In this document: positions 61,021-64,000 of the stretch, in pieces
How positions within the stretch are numbered: position 1 is the stretch's first letter
How the letters are laid out: every line of letters begins with the position of its first letter
NCBI GenBank assembly: GCA_965217585.1
Contig: OZ244561.1
Span: forward strand, 7,232,001 to 7,296,000
From: Candidatus Latescibacterota bacterium
GTDB lineage: Bacteria > Latescibacterota > UBA2968 > UBA8231
Reading direction: 5' to 3'
Length of the DNA stretch: 64,000 nucleotides
Translations under genes and position numbers: made by a program
Notes under the pieces: model-generated
What the model was told of the DNA's origin: nothing
Databases searched by the model: none
The model's input: the letters and a program-made list of their open reading frames with translations, nothing else

Positions 61021-62154
61021 TTGGCGAAATTCATTTTCCGAGGTACAACCTTGCACTTTATATGCTCACTCGCTCTGCTGGCATTGGTTCTAAACCATGC
61101 CGGCGCTTCCATTGGGGAGTCGCGCCGTACGGCCGTAGTGCGGGCCGTGGAGCGGGTGCAGCCCTCGGTCGTCAGCCTCCACGTGCGCTACCGCGAGCGC
61201 ATCCAGCATCTCTACAGGTATCGCGACAGATATCGCGGCGACCCTTTTTGGAACTTTTTCTCGCCTTTTTACTACGTGCCCCAAGATCAAACCGGCTCGG
61301 GACTTGTCGTCGATGACGAGGGCTACATTCTCACCAATAGCCACGTCGTCGGCGATCCGCGCCGGCTGCAAAAGATCACGGCCTCTCTGCCCGAGCCCGA
61401 CGGCCGCACCTTTGAGGCCCGCTACGTGGCCTCAGACTTCAATTCCGACCTCGCCGTCCTCAAGGTAGATGACGGCAATATGCCGGTTGCGCCCCTCGGG
61501 ACTTCGGGCGATATTCTGGTCGGCGAATGGGCCATTGCCATTGGCAACCCTTTCGATTTGGGGCCTACCGTCAGCATCGGCGTCGTCAGCGCCCTAGATC
61601 GCGACTTTTCCGAACCCCAAGGCGATTACTACTACCGAGACATGATTCAGACCGATGCGGCCATCAATCTCGGCAACAGCGGCGGCCCCTTGGTCAATGC
61701 CGATGGCGAGGTGATCGGCATCAACAGCTTTATTTATACCGGTGGTGAGTACTCTCGCGGCTCTATTGGCATTGGCTTCGCCATTCCCATCGACACGGCC
61801 GCGAGCTTCTTGGAGGAAATTCGCCAGCACGGCCAAGTGCGCCGCCCTTGGACCGGCATCCTGTCCGTCCAAGACATCACCCCGAATCTAGCGGAGTACC
61901 TAAGGCTCGCTTCCACCGACGGAGCCCTAGTCGTCAGAGTGGCCAGCGCGAGTCCGGCCGAACTGGCAGGCCTCGAAGTCGGCGATGTGATCGTCGCGAT
62001 CAACGACGAGAATATCCGCAGCGCCAACGAAGCCATTGGCGTGCTGCGCGGCTTGCGCATCGGCGAAGTCGCCGCGCTCGGCGTGGTGCGCCACAACGAA
62101 CACTACAACCTAGACCTGACCCTCGAAGAACGTCCCTACCGGACGCGGCGTTAG
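61021..62154 (+). CDS. HtrA/DegP-family serine protease with one PDZ domain
   Basis: LTNSHV, DLAVLK, QTDAAINLGNSGG, PDZ; start may be TTG at 61051. Confidence 0.92.
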   Translation: MAKFIFRGTTLHFICSLALLALVLNHAGASIGESRRTAVVRAVERVQPSVVSLHVRYRERIQHLYRYRDRYRGDPFWNFFSPFYYVPQDQTGSGLVVDDEGYILTNSHVVGDPRRLQKITASLPEPDGRTFEARYVASDFNSDLAVLKVDDGNMPVAPLGTSGDILVGEWAIAIGNPFDLGPTVSIGVVSALDRDFSEPQGDYYYRDMIQTDAAINLGNSGGPLVNADGEVIGINSFIYTGGEYSRGSIGIGFAIPIDTAASFLEEIRQHGQVRRPWTGILSVQDITPNLAEYLRLASTDGALVVRVASASPAELAGLEVGDVIVAINDENIRSANEAIGVLRGLRIGEVAALGVVRHNEHYNLDLTLEERPYRTRR

Positions 62155-62173
62155 CGGCAGGAAGGATGCAAAA

Positions 62174-62869
62174 ATGAGGCGGTTCATACCCACTGCGTTC
62201 ACCATCGGCAATCTGTTCTGTGGATTCCTCGCCTTGCACTACGCCTTTAGCGGCAACTACGTGCCAGCCGCTTGGCTCATCTTCTTGGGCGCGGTACTCG
62301 ATAAAATGGACGGCCAACTCGCCCGGGTCATGGGGCGCGACTCCCAGTTTGGGCTCCAGTTCGACTCCATCGTCGATGCCTGCACTTTTGGCATCGTGCC
62401 CGCTGCCATCATCTATCAGGCCCACCTGCCAACGGGCTGGGGGCTGGCGCTGGCCTTCGCGTACCTGCTGTGCGGTGCCCTGCGCCTTGCCCGCTTCAAC
62501 GCACTCAACTTAGAGGGTGAGCGCGGCGAATTTTACATGGGATTGGCCATTCCCACGGCTGCAGTCTGCCTCACCCAATACGTGGTCTTTGTCAAAGCCT
62601 GGCCCATCCCCCATGCCACGCCGCTGGCCGTGCTGCTGATTTTAGTGCTGTCCTTCCTGATGGTCAGTCGGCTCGACTACGACAGCGTTCCCAATTTTCG
62701 CGGCACCTCCTTAGGCGACCGCTTCAAACAGCTTTACTTTGTCACCACAGTCGGGCTGACCATCTACGACAGCAGCTTTTTCTTTCCCATGATCCTCGTG
62801 TACGTCTTCTCCGGGCCCTATCGCTGGGTCTTCCGTCTTTTGCACGGTGACGTCACGCAACACGCCTGA
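62174..62869 (+). CDS. pssA: CDP-diacylglycerol--serine O-phosphatidyltransferase (CDP-alcohol phosphotransferase)
   Basis: DKMDGQLAR...G...DSIVD, ALRLARFN. Confidence 0.85.
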   Translation: MRRFIPTAFTIGNLFCGFLALHYAFSGNYVPAAWLIFLGAVLDKMDGQLARVMGRDSQFGLQFDSIVDACTFGIVPAAIIYQAHLPTGWGLALAFAYLLCGALRLARFNALNLEGERGEFYMGLAIPTAAVCLTQYVVFVKAWPIPHATPLAVLLILVLSFLMVSRLDYDSVPNFRGTSLGDRFKQLYFVTTVGLTIYDSSFFFPMILVYVFSGPYRWVFRLLHGDVTQHA

Positions 62870-62875
62870 GTTATC

Positions 62876-63157
62876 ATGCTGCGCGACAAACCCCTCAGCC
62901 ACCTCATCCTCATCCTCTTCACCACGATGATCGGCGCCAACCTCGTCGGCGAAATGCTGCGGTTCATCCTCATCGCCCTAGTCGGCCCCGACACCATTGT
63001 CGAACTCGCCCTCTTGCGCTACGTGGAGTATTCCATCGGGCCGCATATGTTCAACCTTATCATCCTGTCCTTTTCGTTTGAGCTGTCGCTAAAGTTCAAC
63101 CTTATCACTATGTTGGGACTCTTCGTCGGCTGGTACTACTTCCGCCACAGCTATTGA
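62876..63157 (+). CDS. Small membrane protein (DUF4321-like)
   Basis: Hydrophobic 93-aa ORF within the operon. Confidence 0.6.
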   Translation: MLRDKPLSHLILILFTTMIGANLVGEMLRFILIALVGPDTIVELALLRYVEYSIGPHMFNLIILSFSFELSLKFNLITMLGLFVGWYYFRHSY

Positions 63158-63181
63158 AAACATCTTCCGGGAGATAGAGCC

Positions 63182-63418
63182 ATGTTCGGTATGGGCCACT
63201 GGGAAATACTCATCATCTTCGTCGTCATTCTGCTTATCTTCGGCGCCAAGCGCATCCCCGAGATGGCTCAGGGCTTGGGCAAGGGCATCCGCGAGTTCCG
63301 CACCGCCATGCGCGACGTGCAGGACGAAATCGAGGCCCCGAAGCAACCTACGCGGCCTACGGTCCCCCCTGCCCAGACCGAGCCTCAGTCCAACGACAAG
63401 GACCAAGCCGCCTCCTAA
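63182..63418 (+). CDS. tatA: Twin-arginine translocase TatA/E
   Basis: TM-FGAKRIP...LGKGIREF. Confidence 0.92.
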   Translation: MFGMGHWEILIIFVVILLIFGAKRIPEMAQGLGKGIREFRTAMRDVQDEIEAPKQPTRPTVPPAQTEPQSNDKDQAAS

Positions 63419-63421
63419 CTC

Positions 63422-64000
63422 ATGGCGCTCAACCAAGCCACGGCCCACGAACTCAGCGATCGGCTGCAACAAGGGGAAATCACTGCCCGCCAGCTAGTCG
63501 AGGCCGCACTCGACCGCATCGGCGAAATCGACGGCCAGATCAACGCCTTCATCAGCGTAGATCCAGAGGGTGCCCTAGCCCACGCCGACGACATCGACCA
63601 GCGGCGCGCAGCGGGCGCGGCTTTGAGGCCTTTGGCGGGCATTCCCTTGGCCCTCAAGGATGTCCTCTGCGTGCGCGGCGGGCGCACCACCTGTGGCTCA
63701 AAAATCCTCGAACACTTCATCGCCCCCTACGACGCCACGGCCGTCGAGCGGCTGCGCGCCGCCGACGCCGTCTTCATCGGCAAGACCAACATGGACGAGT
63801 TCGCCATGGGCTCGTCCTGCGAAAACTCCTATTTCGGCCCCACCTTAAACCCCTGTGATCCCGAGCGGGTGCCGGGTGGCTCCAGTGGCGGCTCGGCCGC
63901 GGCGGTAGCCGCCGACGAGACCATCCTCGCCCTCGGCTCAGACACCGGTGGCTCGGTGCGCCAACCAGCCAGCTACTGTGGAGTCGTTGGCCTCAAGCCC
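63422..64000 (+). CDS. gatA: Glutamyl-tRNA(Gln) amidotransferase subunit A (partial, runs off window end)
   Basis: Hand translation: [36 protein letters not shown]. Confidence 0.9.
   Translation, partial: MALNQATAHELSDRLQQGEITARQLVEAALDRIGEIDGQINAFISVDPEGALAHADDIDQRRAAGAALRPLAGIPLALKDVLCVRGGRTTCGSKILEHFIAPYDATAVERLRAADAVFIGKTNMDEFAMGSSCENSYFGPTLNPCDPERVPGGSSGGSAAAVAADETILALGSDTGGSVRQPASYCGVVGLKP

Overview
GC-rich bacterial chromosome segment. FlgD/'NxPNPFN' sorting domains, YWTD and Fn3 surface proteins, several PhyH dioxygenases and many TA modules suggest an FCB-group, probably host- (e.g. sponge-) associated organism; this is inference only. The housekeeping backbone is ndk-yceD-rpmF-fabH-fabD-fabG-acpP-fabF-rnc-lipoate ligase-oppDF-ppiD-garR-nadK on the minus strand and rlmI-like-uvrC-xerD-ABC-ecfT-truA-htrA-pssA-tatA-gatA on the plus strand. 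An N-methylglutamate (methylamine) operon sits at the left end. The most notable signal is how accessory DNA is inserted. At four sites, small cargo cassettes with no integrase or transposase gene are bounded by diverged direct copies of local sequence: the rlmI 3' end/uvrC promoter x4, the nadK stop region x2, an operon promoter plus stop/start junction x2, and an internal HAD fragment x2. Two defence/TA effector genes (RloB-like, AbiEii-like) survive only as internally deleted stubs next to intact partners, and both YWTD surface-protein paralogues carry frameshifts. I saw no rRNA, tRNA or CRISPR array. All alignments and counts were done by eye.
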